The notes beneath the pieces are model-generated. The model was not told the origin of the DNA. It did not search any database and worked only from the letters and a program-made list of their open reading frames with translations. This document shows, piece by piece, positions 9,269 through 19,687 of a DNA stretch of 64,000 nt; position 1 is the first letter of the stretch, and every line of letters starts with the position of its first letter. A program made the translations under genes and the position numbers. The stretch is from the NCBI RefSeq assembly GCF_055900595.2, contig NZ_CM148325.1. One strand, 5' to 3'.

Positions 9269-11830
9269 TTACAGCAAACTCTTCAAGCGGTAAATCCACT
9301 CCAGCGCCTGACGCGGAGTCAGTGAATCCGGGTCGAGATTTTCCAGTGCTTCGACCGCTGGCGAGGTTTCTTCCGGTACTGACAGCAAAGACATTTGCGT
9401 ACCATCCACTTGCGTAGCGGCGGCGTTCGGCGAAATGCTTTCCAGTTCACGCAGTTTTTGCCGTGCGCGCTTAATCACCTCTTTTGGCACGCCCGCCAGA
9501 GCAGCAACCGCCAGGCCGTAGCTTTTGCTCGCCGCGCCATCCTGCACACTGTGCATAAAGGCAATGGTATCGCCGTGCTCCAGCGCATCAAGATGCACGT
9601 TGGCGACGCCTTCCATTTTCTCCGGCAGTTGAGTCAGTTCAAAGTAGTGGGTAGCAAACAACGTCAACGCTTTAATCTTATTCGCCAGATTTTCAGCGCA
9701 CGCCCATGCCAGCGACAGACCATCGTAAGTGGACGTTCCGCGCCCAATCTCATCCATCAACACCAGGCTGTACTCCGTGGCGTTATGCAGAATATTGGCG
9801 GTTTCGGTCATCTCCACCATAAAGGTTGAACGCCCGGATGCCAGATCGTCAGCCGCGCCCACACGGGTAAAGATACGGTCAATCGGGCCAATCTCGACTT
9901 TTTGCGCCGGTACGTAGCTGCCGATATAGGCCATCAGCGCAATCAGTGCGGTCTGGCGCATATAGGTACTTTTACCGCCCATGTTCGGACCGGTGATGAT
10001 CAACATGCGACGCTGCGGCGACAGGTTCAGCGGGTTAGCGATAAACGGCTCATTCAGTACCTGTTCAACTACCGGATGGCGACCTTCGGTAATGCGAATA
10101 CCCGGTTTATCAATGAAGGTCGGGCAGGTGTAGTTCAGGGTATAGGCCCGTTCCGCCAGGTTCACCAGTACGTCGAGTTCTGCCAGTGCGCTCGCGCTCT
10201 GTTGCAACGCCTCCAGATGCGGCAACAGCAGGTCGAACAACTCTTCATAAAGCTGTTTTTCCAGTGCCAGCGCTTTACCTTTCGAGGTGAGTACTTTGTC
10301 TTCATACTCTTTTAGCTCTGGAATAATGTAGCGTTCGGCGTTTTTCAGCGTCTGACGACGCATATAGTTGATGGGTGCCAGATGGCTTTGTCCACGGCTG
10401 ATCTGAATGTAATAACCATGCACCGCGTTAAAGCCGACTTTCAGCGTGTCCAGGCCGGTACGTTCACGCTCGCGAACTTCCAGACGCTCCAGATAATCTG
10501 TCGCGCCGTCAGCCAGCGCTCGCCACTCATCCAGCTCTTCGTTATAGCCTGATGCGATAACACCACCGTCGCGTACCAGCACCGGCGGTGTATCGATGAT
10601 TGCCCGCTCCAGCAGATCGCGCAGCTCGGCAAACTCGCCCATTTTCTCACGCAGCGCCTGTACCGGTGCACTATCGACATTTTCTAACTGTGCACGCAGC
10701 TCCGGCAGTTGCTGGAAAGCGTGACGCATACGGGCCAGATCGCGTGGGCGGGCAGTCCGTAAAGCCAGACGTGCCAGAATACGTTCCAGGTCGCCGACCT
10801 GACGCAGTACCGGCTGCAGCTCAGCGGTGAAATCCTGCAATGCGCCAATAGTTTGCTGGCGCTCAAGCAACACGCGGGTATCGCGCACTGGCATATGCAG
10901 CCAGCGTTTCAGCATTCGACTCCCCATCGGCGTTACAGTGCAGTCGAGCACGGAAGCCAGCGTGTTTTCCGCACCGCCCGCCAGGTTCTGGGTAATTTCC
11001 AGGTTACGACGCGTCGCGGCATCCATAATGATGCTGTCCTGCTCACGTTCCATAGTGATAGAACGAATATGCGGCAGAGTCGTACGTTGAGTATCTTTCG
11101 CATACTGCAACAGACAACCGGCGGCACAAAGTCCGCGCGGCGCGTTCTCGACGCCAAAACCGACCAGATCGCGAGTGCCAAATTGTAGATTCAACTGCTG
11201 GCGCGCGGTGTCGATTTCAAACTCCCACAGCGGGCGACGGCGCAAGCCGCGACGACCTTCAATCAGCGACATTTCAGCAAAATCTTCTGCATACAGCAGT
11301 TCCGCCGGATTAGTGCGTTGCAGTTCTGCCGCCATCGTTTCGCGGTCAGCCGGTTCACTCAGGCGAAAACGACCGGAACTGATATCCAGCGTCGCGTAGC
11401 CGAAACCTTTACTGTCCTGCCAGATAGCCGCCAGCAGGTTGTCCTGACGCTCCTGCAACAGCGCTTCATCGCTGATGGTGCCCGGCGTAACGATACGCAC
11501 AACTTTGCGCTCAACCGGACCTTTGCTGGTCGCCGGATCGCCAATTTGTTCGCAGATGGCAACGGACTCGCCCTGATTCACCAGTTTGGCGAGGTAGTTT
11601 TCCACCGCATGGTATGGAATCCCCGCCATCGGGATCGGCTCTCCCGCGGAAGCGCCGCGTTTGGTCAGTGAAATATCCAGCAGTTGTGACGCACGTTTTG
11701 CGTCGTCATAAAACAGTTCGTAAAAGTCACCCATCCGGTAGAACAGCAGGATCTCGGGATGCTGGGCTTTCAGCTTGAGATACTGTTGCATCATGGGCGT
11801 ATGGGCATCGAAATTTTCTATTGCACTCAT
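9269..11830 (-). CDS. mutS: DNA mismatch repair protein MutS
   Basis: 853 aa; Walker [10 protein letters not shown]; full length. Confidence 0.96.
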   Translation of the reverse strand: MSAIENFDAHTPMMQQYLKLKAQHPEILLFYRMGDFYELFYDDAKRASQLLDISLTKRGASAGEPIPMAGIPYHAVENYLAKLVNQGESVAICEQIGDPATSKGPVERKVVRIVTPGTISDEALLQERQDNLLAAIWQDSKGFGYATLDISSGRFRLSEPADRETMAAELQRTNPAELLYAEDFAEMSLIEGRRGLRRRPLWEFEIDTARQQLNLQFGTRDLVGFGVENAPRGLCAAGCLLQYAKDTQRTTLPHIRSITMEREQDSIIMDAATRRNLEITQNLAGGAENTLASVLDCTVTPMGSRMLKRWLHMPVRDTRVLLERQQTIGALQDFTAELQPVLRQVGDLERILARLALRTARPRDLARMRHAFQQLPELRAQLENVDSAPVQALREKMGEFAELRDLLERAIIDTPPVLVRDGGVIASGYNEELDEWRALADGATDYLERLEVRERERTGLDTLKVGFNAVHGYYIQISRGQSHLAPINYMRRQTLKNAERYIIPELKEYEDKVLTSKGKALALEKQLYEELFDLLLPHLEALQQSASALAELDVLVNLAERAYTLNYTCPTFIDKPGIRITEGRHPVVEQVLNEPFIANPLNLSPQRRMLIITGPNMGGKSTYMRQTALIALMAYIGSYVPAQKVEIGPIDRIFTRVGAADDLASGRSTFMVEMTETANILHNATEYSLVLMDEIGRGTSTYDGLSLAWACAENLANKIKALTLFATHYFELTQLPEKMEGVANVHLDALEHGDTIAFMHSVQDGAASKSYGLAVAALAGVPKEVIKRARQKLRELESISPNAAATQVDGTQMSLLSVPEETSPAVEALENLDPDSLTPRQALEWIYRLKSLL

Positions 11831-12076
11831 GGGGTTATGTCCGGTTCCCTGATATTAAATGGGGTGTGATGGTTTTTATTTTCGTTGTAATCACATAAGG
11901 CGCACATGATACCGGAGTTAATCATTTCAGGGGAAGAAGCGAACGGCGAGTTCTTGATGGTGATTCCGGGAAAGATGCTGTTTTGCAGCTTTTGCGTGAT
12001 GCTTATGAAGCAAGTACGCAAAATTGTATCAGTTGGCGAACCCTTCTTCTTCAGAGCCATAGTCCCCTTTCAAATT

Positions 12077-12099
12077 AAGTTGTAATATAAATACATCTT
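12077..12099. promoter_or_regulatory. candidate NsrR operator upstream of ygbA
   Basis: aagttgtaatataaatacatctt; right half AAATACATCTT matches the NsrR half-site; ygbA is a known NsrR target. Confidence 0.45.
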
Positions 12100-12116
12100 A
12101 AGAGTATGGAGGCAGC

Positions 12117-12470
12117 ATGTCTGGCAAGCGTATCTCTCGTGAAAAACTGACGATTAAAAAAATGATCGATCTTTATCAAGCGAAATGCCCGCAGGCGTCA
12201 GCGGAGCCGGAGCATTACGAAGCGCTGTTTGCCTACGCGCAAAAACGGCTGGATAAATGTGTGTTCGGCGAAGACAAACCCGCCTGTAAGCAGTGTCCGG
12301 TGCACTGTTACCAGTCTGCAAAGCGTGAAGAGATGAAACAGATTATGCGTTGGGCCGGGCCGCGCATGCTGTGGCGTCATCCGATCCTAACCGTACGCCA
12401 TCTCATTGATGACAAGCGTCCGGTGCCGGAGTTGCCAGAAAAATATCGCCCGAAAAAAAATCGTGAATAG
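12117..12470 (+). CDS. ygbA: nitrous oxide-stimulated promoter family protein YgbA
   Basis: 117 aa Cys-rich ORF between mutS and fhlA, conserved position. Confidence 0.8.
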   Translation: MSGKRISREKLTIKKMIDLYQAKCPQASAEPEHYEALFAYAQKRLDKCVFGEDKPACKQCPVHCYQSAKREEMKQIMRWAGPRMLWRHPILTVRHLIDDKRPVPELPEKYRPKKNRE

Positions 12471-12508
12471 TATACCGGACAGGCAGATCTGTCCGGCACC
12501 TCATGCAG

Positions 12509-14587
12509 TTAAACCAATGCCGATTTATCAATCCCCAGTCGTTTCATCCGTGATAGCAGTGTGGTGCGTTTTAGTCCCAGACGTTGCGCCGCGCCTTTCG
12601 GCCCGGCAACCACGCCGTTAGTCTCTTTTAATACACGCACAATTAGCTGATATTCATCTTCGCCCTCCTGAGCGACGACCGTTGCAGTCGGCGGCGTTTT
12701 AGGTTCCGGTAAAGCAATATCAGGCAATGACAGCTGCAGCACGTTGCCACGTGTCAGCAATACCGCGCGCTCAATGACGTTTTCCAGCTCGCGTACGTTA
12801 CCTGGCCACTCCATATTGCTCAACGCGCGCAACGTTTCGGCAGGAATGCTGTCGATATTGCGCCCCAGACGACGGGCAATTTTGAAGGTAAAGGCTTTCG
12901 CCAGCAGCGGAATATCTTCCGGACGCTCGCGTAGTGGCGGCAGGTGGATCGGGAATACGTTCAGGCGATAATAGAGATCGCTACGGAACTCGCGGTCGGC
13001 AACCATTTTTTTCAGATCGCGGTTAGTCGCGGCAATTAAACGCACGTCCGTCTGTATAATTTTATTACTGCCGAGACGTTCAAACTCCTGTTCCTGTAAT
13101 ACACGCAGCAACTTCGGTTGTAACTCCAGCGGCATATCACCCACTTCATCGAGGAACAGGGAGCTTTTATCCGCCAGTTCAAAACGACCGATACGCTGGG
13201 CGCTGGCTCCGGTAAACGCACCACGCTCATGACCAAACAGATCGCTTTCTAACAATCCGGCAGGCATAGCCGCGCAGTTCATTTTTACCATGCGGCGATT
13301 ATTACGCCCACTGAGATTATGGATCGCGCGGGCAATCAGTTCTTTACCGGTGCCAGTTTCACCGAGGATCAGAACTGTACTGTCACTTTGTGCCACCATT
13401 TCAACTTGTTTAAGCACGCTGTACATGGCTTCACTGCGACCAATAATCTCGCCAAATTCACTATCAACATTGTTGAGCTGCTCGGTCAGGGCGAGATTTT
13501 CATCAACCAGTCGTTCTTTCAGACGATGAATTTCCTGATAGGCAAGGGCGTTATCGACAGCGATTGCCACACGTTCGGCAATCTGGCGCAGTAAATTCAG
13601 ATTGGTCGTGGTAAACACTTTCTCTTCGCATTGCGCCAGTTTCAGCACGCCCAGCATGGTGTCGCCAGACATCAGCGGTAACAGGCACAAGGTTTGAATC
13701 TGGTTGCCCCAGGTGTCGAACAACATGCGTTCGTAGGGGGCTAAATTATCTCGCTCGTGGAGATTAATCAGCAGCATCTCTTTGCTTTTAAACACGCGTT
13801 CGGTGAGGGTTCCTGCTTCATCGACTTCGCTCTGTTCGTGAGCGGGATGCTGTTTATCAAGATAGTGAGTGGAGTAGATGTTGAGTTTGTTTTTACGGTG
13901 GCTGCGTAAGACGATGCTGATATCGTCAATGTCGAAATAGTAATGGATTTCTTTGGCGACTTCGCTGACCAGTTCGTCCATATCCAGGCGAGAAAGCACC
14001 GCGTTGGTGATGGCAACCAGGATGCGGAAGTTATCGCGTTCCCGGCATAACAACTCATAGTCGACATTATTGACGACGCGGCTCTGGATTTGTTCGGTGA
14101 CGACAGAAATGATCTGCGTAAAAGTTTGCAGGCGATTGAACTCTTTTTCACTCCACGGGCGATCGTCATAACGAATAAATTCACAGCCACCAAAAATATG
14201 CCCTTCCGCCGCCAGTGGCATCAGGCAATAGTGACCAAATTTGGGGTATAGCCCACCAGCGGCCAGCTGCGGCCAGGTTTCACAAAATTCTTCGTAACTG
14301 CAATGCAGTGTATCAGGGCGCGACAAAATGCTGCGCACCGGACCGTGTGCCAGAACAGTTTCGTCTTCATAATTTATGGGGGTGTCTTTTTCACGCGACG
14401 CGTAATAAGACGCACGTTGAGTCTGCGCTTGCCACAACACAATAGCTGCATTGTCGGCGAGCGCAGAACGCTTTACCAATTGCGAAAGAGCCTCACACAG
14501 CGAGGCCAGATCGGGCTGCTGCAATAGTGTCCGAGTGATGTCGAACAACCCTTGTTGTCCGAGATCACTCATCGGTGTATATGACAT
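12509..14587 (-). CDS. fhlA: formate hydrogenlyase transcriptional activator FhlA (sigma54-dependent)
   Basis: ORF 12509..14623 trimmed to MSYTPMSDLGQ... (692 aa); AAA+ GETGTGKE and GAFTGA motifs; C-terminal HTH. Confidence 0.93.
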   Translation of the reverse strand: MSYTPMSDLGQQGLFDITRTLLQQPDLASLCEALSQLVKRSALADNAAIVLWQAQTQRASYYASREKDTPINYEDETVLAHGPVRSILSRPDTLHCSYEEFCETWPQLAAGGLYPKFGHYCLMPLAAEGHIFGGCEFIRYDDRPWSEKEFNRLQTFTQIISVVTEQIQSRVVNNVDYELLCRERDNFRILVAITNAVLSRLDMDELVSEVAKEIHYYFDIDDISIVLRSHRKNKLNIYSTHYLDKQHPAHEQSEVDEAGTLTERVFKSKEMLLINLHERDNLAPYERMLFDTWGNQIQTLCLLPLMSGDTMLGVLKLAQCEEKVFTTTNLNLLRQIAERVAIAVDNALAYQEIHRLKERLVDENLALTEQLNNVDSEFGEIIGRSEAMYSVLKQVEMVAQSDSTVLILGETGTGKELIARAIHNLSGRNNRRMVKMNCAAMPAGLLESDLFGHERGAFTGASAQRIGRFELADKSSLFLDEVGDMPLELQPKLLRVLQEQEFERLGSNKIIQTDVRLIAATNRDLKKMVADREFRSDLYYRLNVFPIHLPPLRERPEDIPLLAKAFTFKIARRLGRNIDSIPAETLRALSNMEWPGNVRELENVIERAVLLTRGNVLQLSLPDIALPEPKTPPTATVVAQEGEDEYQLIVRVLKETNGVVAGPKGAAQRLGLKRTTLLSRMKRLGIDKSALV

Positions 14588-14660
14588 TTTGTTCTTCCAG
14601 GAAAGCACCGCAAAGCGGTGCAAAAGGTCATTGACTAAATATAGGAGATTTAGAATTTTA

Positions 14661-15671
14661 TTAGCATATACGCGGAAGCGGTTCGGCGTGTGGTAAATCG
14701 AGGGTTCGTTTCACGCCATACAGACCGGCAAGACGAACACCTTTACGTTCCACCACTTCACCAATCAGCGCCGCGTCTTTCCCCAGTGGATGGGAATGTA
14801 ACGCCGCCAGCACTTGCTCTGCTGCGTTGCGTTCAACGGCGATCACCAGTTTGCCTTCGTTGGCAAAGTTAAGGGCGTCCAGCCCCAGCAGTTCGCAAAC
14901 GCCGCGCACGGCAGGTTTAACCGGCAGTGCCGCTTCTGAAATTTCAATACCACAACCGCAGGCTGCCGCGAACTCATGAACTACCGCGTTCACTCCACCA
15001 CGGGTGGCGTCACGCAGTGCCTTCACACCGGGAATATCACGCAGCGTCTGGATGAGCGGCGTCAGCACTGCGCAGTCGCTGACCAGTTCGCCATCCAGCC
15101 CCAGTTGCTCGCGCAGATTAAGAATAGTTGCTCCGTGGTCGCCGAGAGTTCCACTCACCAGCAGAACATCGCCTGCGGTTAGCGTCTGTGCGCCCCAGTG
15201 AATATTCGCCGGGATCGCGCCCATGCCAGCGGTGTTGATAAACAGTTTATCTGCCGCGCCGCGTTGCACCACTTTAGTGTCGCCTGTAACGATGGCAATG
15301 CCTGCCGCGCGGGCGGTTTCTGCCATGCTGGTCACCACGGCTTTTAGCGTCTCCATCGGCAATCCCTCTTCGAGGATAAAGCCACAAGAGAGATAGCGCG
15401 GAATAGCGCCACTGACCGCAACGTCATTCGCGGTGCCACAAATCGCCAGCTTGCCGATATTGCCACCAGGAAAGAACAGCGGGTCGATGACGTAGCTGTC
15501 GGTGGAGAACGCCAGACGGTCGCCTTCTGCCACCAGCTGCGCCAGCTCAAGGCGCGCCTGGTCTTCCTGTTCTGCCAGCCACGGATTGGCAAAAGCTTCC
15601 ATAAACAGGCTGTTGATTAATTGCTGCATCGCCTGGCCGCCGCTGCCGTGGGCGAGTTGGATATTATTCAC
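14661..15671 (-). CDS. hypE: hydrogenase maturation protein HypE
   Basis: 336 aa, conserved position after hypD. Confidence 0.93.
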   Translation of the reverse strand: MNNIQLAHGSGGQAMQQLINSLFMEAFANPWLAEQEDQARLELAQLVAEGDRLAFSTDSYVIDPLFFPGGNIGKLAICGTANDVAVSGAIPRYLSCGFILEEGLPMETLKAVVTSMAETARAAGIAIVTGDTKVVQRGAADKLFINTAGMGAIPANIHWGAQTLTAGDVLLVSGTLGDHGATILNLREQLGLDGELVSDCAVLTPLIQTLRDIPGVKALRDATRGGVNAVVHEFAAACGCGIEISEAALPVKPAVRGVCELLGLDALNFANEGKLVIAVERNAAEQVLAALHSHPLGKDAALIGEVVERKGVRLAGLYGVKRTLDLPHAEPLPRIC

Positions 15672-16789
15672 GCTTCACTCTCCTGCTGACGATACTGATA
15701 CCACGCGGCGCACGCTCCTTCGGAGGAAACCATCAGCGCACCAAACGCGGTTTGAGGATTACAGGTGTTACCAAACAGCGGGCATTGATGCGGCTTACAT
15801 TTGCCCGTCAAGACTTCGCCACAACGCGCGCGCGGGTCATCGCAGACCTGCTGCGGTGCCGGGCGGAAATGCGCTTCGGCGTCAAATCGTTGATAATCCG
15901 GCGTCAGGTGTACACCAGAAGATTCAATCACGCCTAAGCCGCGCCATTCGCTGTCGCCGTTGACGCAGAAGACATCCGCAATCGCCTGTTGCGCCAGCAG
16001 GTTACCGGCATCCGGCACCACCCGACGATACTGATTCTCCACCTTGCTGTGGGCCGCTATTTTCTGCTCCACCAGCATGACCACGCCTTGTAGTAGATCA
16101 AGCGGTTCGAATCCAGCAACCACCAGAGGACGATGAAAATCACTGGCGATAAAATTATAGGCGTCGGTGCCGATAACCATACTGACGTGGCCCGGCGCGA
16201 GGAACGCATCGATACCGTTATCCGGCTGTTCCAGCAAACTGCGTAGCGTTGGGATCAGCGTAATATGCTGGCAGAAAAAGTAAAAATTTTGCACATCGCG
16301 GGCTTTCGCCTGTTGCAGAGTGATGGCCGTCGTCGGCATGGTGGTTTCAAACCCTAAGCCGAAGAACACCACTTTACGAGTTGGATTCTCCTGCGCCAAT
16401 TTTAACGCATCCATTGGCGAGTAAACGATGCGAACATCGGCACCGCGCGCTTTTGCCTGTAACAGCGACCCCTGTTTCCCTGGTACGCGCATGGCGTCGC
16501 CAAAGGTACAGAAGATGACTTCCGGATGGCTGGCAATCTCCACGCAGGTGTCGATTCTTCCCATCGGCAGTACACATACCGGGCAACCCGGACCGTGGAT
16601 AAACTCGACGTTTTCCGGCAGCAACTGGTCGAGGCCGAATTTAAAAATGGCGTGGGTATGACCGCCACACACTTCCATAATCCGCAGAGGGCGTTCGGCG
16701 GTGTAAGAGAGATGTGAAGCACGTTCGCGCAGATGCTCAATTAACTGCATCACCTGTTCCGGCGCGCGATATTCATCAACAAAACGCAT
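15668..16789 (-). CDS. hypD: hydrogenase maturation protein HypD
   Basis: 373 aa with CGxH/GPGCPVC motifs. Confidence 0.93.
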   Translation of the reverse strand: MRFVDEYRAPEQVMQLIEHLRERASHLSYTAERPLRIMEVCGGHTHAIFKFGLDQLLPENVEFIHGPGCPVCVLPMGRIDTCVEIASHPEVIFCTFGDAMRVPGKQGSLLQAKARGADVRIVYSPMDALKLAQENPTRKVVFFGLGFETTMPTTAITLQQAKARDVQNFYFFCQHITLIPTLRSLLEQPDNGIDAFLAPGHVSMVIGTDAYNFIASDFHRPLVVAGFEPLDLLQGVVMLVEQKIAAHSKVENQYRRVVPDAGNLLAQQAIADVFCVNGDSEWRGLGVIESSGVHLTPDYQRFDAEAHFRPAPQQVCDDPRARCGEVLTGKCKPHQCPLFGNTCNPQTAFGALMVSSEGACAAWYQYRQQESEA

Positions 16790-17061
16790 TATTTTTCCTC
16801 GCCATACAACAGCGCGCCGACATCCGGCTCAACGTCAAACATGTTTTGTAAGGCGTCGAGGGTGTCGCGCGCTTCGGCTTCATTAATTACGCTCATGGCA
16901 AAGCCAACGTGAACCAGTACCCACTGGCCCACGCGTGGCTGACCGTTTTCATCGCAGCTGCCGACTAACGTTAGATCGACGTCGCGTTGAATACCGCAGA
17001 CGTCGACTTTCGCCTGGTTGCCGTCAATGGTGCGGATCTGGCCGGGAACGCCTATGCACAT
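16789..17061 (-). CDS. hypC: hydrogenase maturation chaperone HypC
   Basis: ORF trimmed to MCIGVPGQ... (90 aa), N-terminal MC motif. Confidence 0.88.
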   Translation of the reverse strand: MCIGVPGQIRTIDGNQAKVDVCGIQRDVDLTLVGSCDENGQPRVGQWVLVHVGFAMSVINEAEARDTLDALQNMFDVEPDVGALLYGEEK

Positions 17062-17924
17062 CGCTGTGTCTCCAGCCAGTTCAGCCACTGGTCCATCCCT
17101 TCGCCGCTGGTGGCGGAAATAAGGATGATTTCAATTTCTGGATTGACTTCGCGGGCGCAGGCGATGCACTTCTCAACGTCGAAATTGAGATACGGCAGCA
17201 GGTCAACTTTGTTGAGCAGCATCAGCGAGGCGGCGGCAAACATATGTGGATATTTCAGCGGTTTGTCTTCACCTTCGGTAACGGAAAGCACCGCCACTTT
17301 GTGTTTTTCACCGAGATCGAAGCTCGCCGGACATACGAGGTTGCCAACGTTTTCGATAAACAGAATACCGTTATCGTCCAGTGGCAGGCGCGGCGCGGCG
17401 TCGGCAATCATCTGTGCGTCAAGATGGCAGCCTTTACCGGTATTCACCTGAATCGCTGGTGTGCCGGTAGCGCGAATGCGCGCGGCATCGTTCACGGTTT
17501 GCTGATCGCCTTCAATAACTGCGCACGGAACGCTGTCTTTCAGGCGTATCAAGGTTTCCGTCAGCAGGGTGGTTTTACCGGAACCAGGGCTGGAAACCAG
17601 GTTGAGTACCAACTGATTGCGGGCAGCAAAGCGCGCTCGGTTGCGTTCAGCCAGACGGTTGTTTTTGTCTAGCACGTCAATTTCGACTTCCAGCATCCGA
17701 CGCTGGCTCATGCCCGGCGCGTGAGTGCCCGCTTCGCCATGACCGTAATGCAGGTCGCCTTCTTCAGTCTGGCTGGGGGTAAATTCAGGCGCTTTAATGC
17801 CGGTGATTTTCATCTTCGGGCGTGCCGCCGGGGCAAATGGCGCGCTACGAAACGCGGAATGAGGGTTATGTTCATCACCCTCGATATACAGGTTGCCTTC
17901 ACCGCAACCGCATGTTGTACACAT
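17052..17924 (-). CDS. hypB: hydrogenase nickel incorporation GTPase HypB
   Basis: 290 aa with [10 protein letters not shown]-loop and N-terminal His-rich/CxxCGC region. Confidence 0.93.
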   Translation of the reverse strand: MCTTCGCGEGNLYIEGDEHNPHSAFRSAPFAPAARPKMKITGIKAPEFTPSQTEEGDLHYGHGEAGTHAPGMSQRRMLEVEIDVLDKNNRLAERNRARFAARNQLVLNLVSSPGSGKTTLLTETLIRLKDSVPCAVIEGDQQTVNDAARIRATGTPAIQVNTGKGCHLDAQMIADAAPRLPLDDNGILFIENVGNLVCPASFDLGEKHKVAVLSVTEGEDKPLKYPHMFAAASLMLLNKVDLLPYLNFDVEKCIACAREVNPEIEIILISATSGEGMDQWLNWLETQRCA

Positions 17925-17927
17925 CGC

Positions 17928-18278
17928 TCACTCCTGGTCTATTTCTATCCGCCGAATCTGTAAACCGTCGTCTGCCACAATTTGTAGCATGTCGCCATGA
18001 CACTGTGGACAGCGCCGGACGCGCTGGGTCAGTAGCGTCACATACTGTTGGCATGTTTCACACCAGCATTCGGCCTCTTGTTCTTCGAGGTGCAGTTTAC
18101 AACCTTCTGCCACGCTGCCGCGGCAAACCAGATCAAAACAAAAGGCAAGAGAGCTGGTTTCGACACAAGAAAATGCGCCAATTTTGAGCCAGACCCCAGT
18201 TACGCGTTTTGCGCCGTGTTTTGCGGCCTGCTGTTCGATCAATTCCAGTGCCCGTTGGCAGAGGGTTATTTCGTGCAT
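17928..18278 (-). CDS. hypA: hydrogenase nickel insertion protein HypA
   Basis: ORF trimmed to MHEITLCQ... (116 aa); CxxC...CxxC zinc site. Confidence 0.9.
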   Translation of the reverse strand: MHEITLCQRALELIEQQAAKHGAKRVTGVWLKIGAFSCVETSSLAFCFDLVCRGSVAEGCKLHLEEQEAECWCETCQQYVTLLTQRVRRCPQCHGDMLQIVADDGLQIRRIEIDQE

Positions 18279-18307
18279 ATCGCCTCCCATTAACTATTGC
18301 CAGCTAC

Positions 18308-18326
18308 AAGCAATAATTGTGCCAGT
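18308..18326 (-). promoter_or_regulatory. sigma54 (-24/-12) promoter for the hyp operon
   Basis: Minus-strand reading CTGGCACAATTATTGCT = TGGCAC-N5-TTGCT, 5' of hypA. Confidence 0.6.
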
Positions 18327-18350
18327 GTTGATTATCCCTAAAGTGAATAA

Positions 18351-18388
18351 TGTCGATGATGTCGAAATGACACGTCGACACGGCGACG
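18351..18388. promoter_or_regulatory. FhlA upstream activating sequence in hyp-hyc divergent region
   Basis: tgtcgatgatgtcgaaatgacacgtcgacacggcgacg; repeated GTCGA/TGACA half-sites between two sigma54 promoters. Confidence 0.5.
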
Positions 18389-18437
18389 AAATTCATCTTT
18401 AGCTTAAAAATTGCTTTAATAACAATAAATTAAAAGT

Positions 18438-18453
18438 TGGCACAGAAAATGCT
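18438..18453 (+). promoter_or_regulatory. sigma54 (-24/-12) promoter for hycA
   Basis: TGGCACAGAAAATGCT: GG-N10-GC spacing, ~40 nt upstream of hycA ATG. Confidence 0.6.
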
Positions 18454-18489
18454 TAAAGCTGGCATCTCTGTTAAACGGGTAACCTGACA

Positions 18490-18951
18490 ATGACTATTTG
18501 GGAAATAAGCGAGAAAGCCGATTACATCGCACAGCGGCATCGTCGCCTACAGGACCAGTGGCATCTCTACTGCAATTCGCTGGTTCAGGGGATCACGTTA
18601 TCGAAAGCGCGCCTGCATCACGCCATGAGCTGTGCGCCAGACAAAGAACTCTGTTTCGTCCTTTTTGAACATTTTCGCATTTACGTCACCCTGGCGGATG
18701 GCTTTAACAGCCACACCATCGAGTATTACGTCGAAACGAAAGAGGGTGAAGAAAAACAGCGGATTGCGCAGGCACAATTGAGCATTGACGGAATGATAGA
18801 TGGCAAGGTCAACATCCGCGATCGCGAACAGGTACTGGAACACTATCTCGAAAAAATCGCTGGCGTTTACGACAGCTTATACACCGCCATTGAAAACAAT
18901 GTACCGGTGAATTTAAGCCAACTGGTAAAGGGACAAAGCCCGGCGGCATGA
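18490..18951 (+). CDS. hycA: formate hydrogenlyase regulatory protein HycA
   Basis: 153 aa, first gene of hyc operon. Confidence 0.92.
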   Translation: MTIWEISEKADYIAQRHRRLQDQWHLYCNSLVQGITLSKARLHHAMSCAPDKELCFVLFEHFRIYVTLADGFNSHTIEYYVETKEGEEKQRIAQAQLSIDGMIDGKVNIRDREQVLEHYLEKIAGVYDSLYTAIENNVPVNLSQLVKGQSPAA

Positions 18952-19001
18952 GCTGAGGCTTTGCCCGTTTTGCAGGCGTTACGCCTGTTTGGGGATGGGC
19001 G

Positions 19002-19056
19002 TGTCGATGAGTGTCGAAAATGACATTTCATCGGCATGTTTTCGTCAAAAATGACA
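19002..19056. promoter_or_regulatory. second FhlA UAS-like element, hycA-hycB intergenic
   Basis: tgtcgatgagtgtcgaaaatgaca nearly identical to the motif at 18351. Confidence 0.45.
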
Positions 19057-19075
19057 ATCACCTGAGGAATGCCTG

Positions 19076-19687
19076 GTGAATCGTTTTGTAATTGCTGACT
19101 CCACGCTCTGTATCGGCTGCCACACCTGTGAGGCCGCCTGTTCAGAGACGCATCGCCAGCACGGCCTGCAATCAATGCCGCGCCTGCGAGTGATGCTAAA
19201 TGAAAAAGAATCTGCGCCGCAGCTCTGTCACCACTGTGAAGATGCACCCTGTGCGGTGGTCTGCCCGGTTAACGCTATCACCCGCGTTGATGGGGCAGTG
19301 CAGCTGAATGAAAGCCTGTGCGTAAGCTGCAAACTGTGCGGCATCGCCTGCCCGTTTGGCGCAATCGAATTTTCCGGCAGCCGTCCGCTGGATATTCCGG
19401 CAAACGCCAATACCCCGAAAGCACCACCGGCACCGCCTGCTCCGGCGCGTGTCAGCACGTTGCTTGACTGGGTGCCGGGTATTCGCGCGATCGCCGTCAA
19501 ATGTGACCTCTGTAGCTTTGATGAACAAGGTCCGGCCTGCGTGCGGATGTGCCCAACCAAAGCCCTGCATCTGGTGGATAACACCGATATCGCCCGCGTC
19601 AGCAAGCGTAAGCGTGAGCTGACCTTTAACACGGACTTTGGCGATCTCACCTTGTTTCAGCAGGCTCAAAGTGGAGAGGCTAAATGA
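19076..19687 (+). CDS. hycB: formate hydrogenlyase 4Fe-4S ferredoxin subunit HycB
   Basis: 203 aa, multiple CxxCxxCxxxCP motifs. Confidence 0.94.
   Translation: MNRFVIADSTLCIGCHTCEAACSETHRQHGLQSMPRLRVMLNEKESAPQLCHHCEDAPCAVVCPVNAITRVDGAVQLNESLCVSCKLCGIACPFGAIEFSGSRPLDIPANANTPKAPPAPPAPARVSTLLDWVPGIRAIAVKCDLCSFDEQGPACVRMCPTKALHLVDNTDIARVSKRKRELTFNTDFGDLTLFQQAQSGEAK

Noticed and set aside
9395-11671. Plus-strand ORFs of 60-144 aa overlapping mutS
   Set aside because: Antisense to the 853-aa mutS frame; no independent support
12406-12621. 71-aa plus-strand ORF downstream of ygbA overlapping the fhlA 3' end
   Set aside because: Overlaps the fhlA C-terminal HTH coding region on the opposite strand; no support
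16935-17672. 245-aa plus-strand ORF overlapping hypB/hypC
   Set aside because: Antisense to hypB; GC-rich antisense frames commonly stay open by chance
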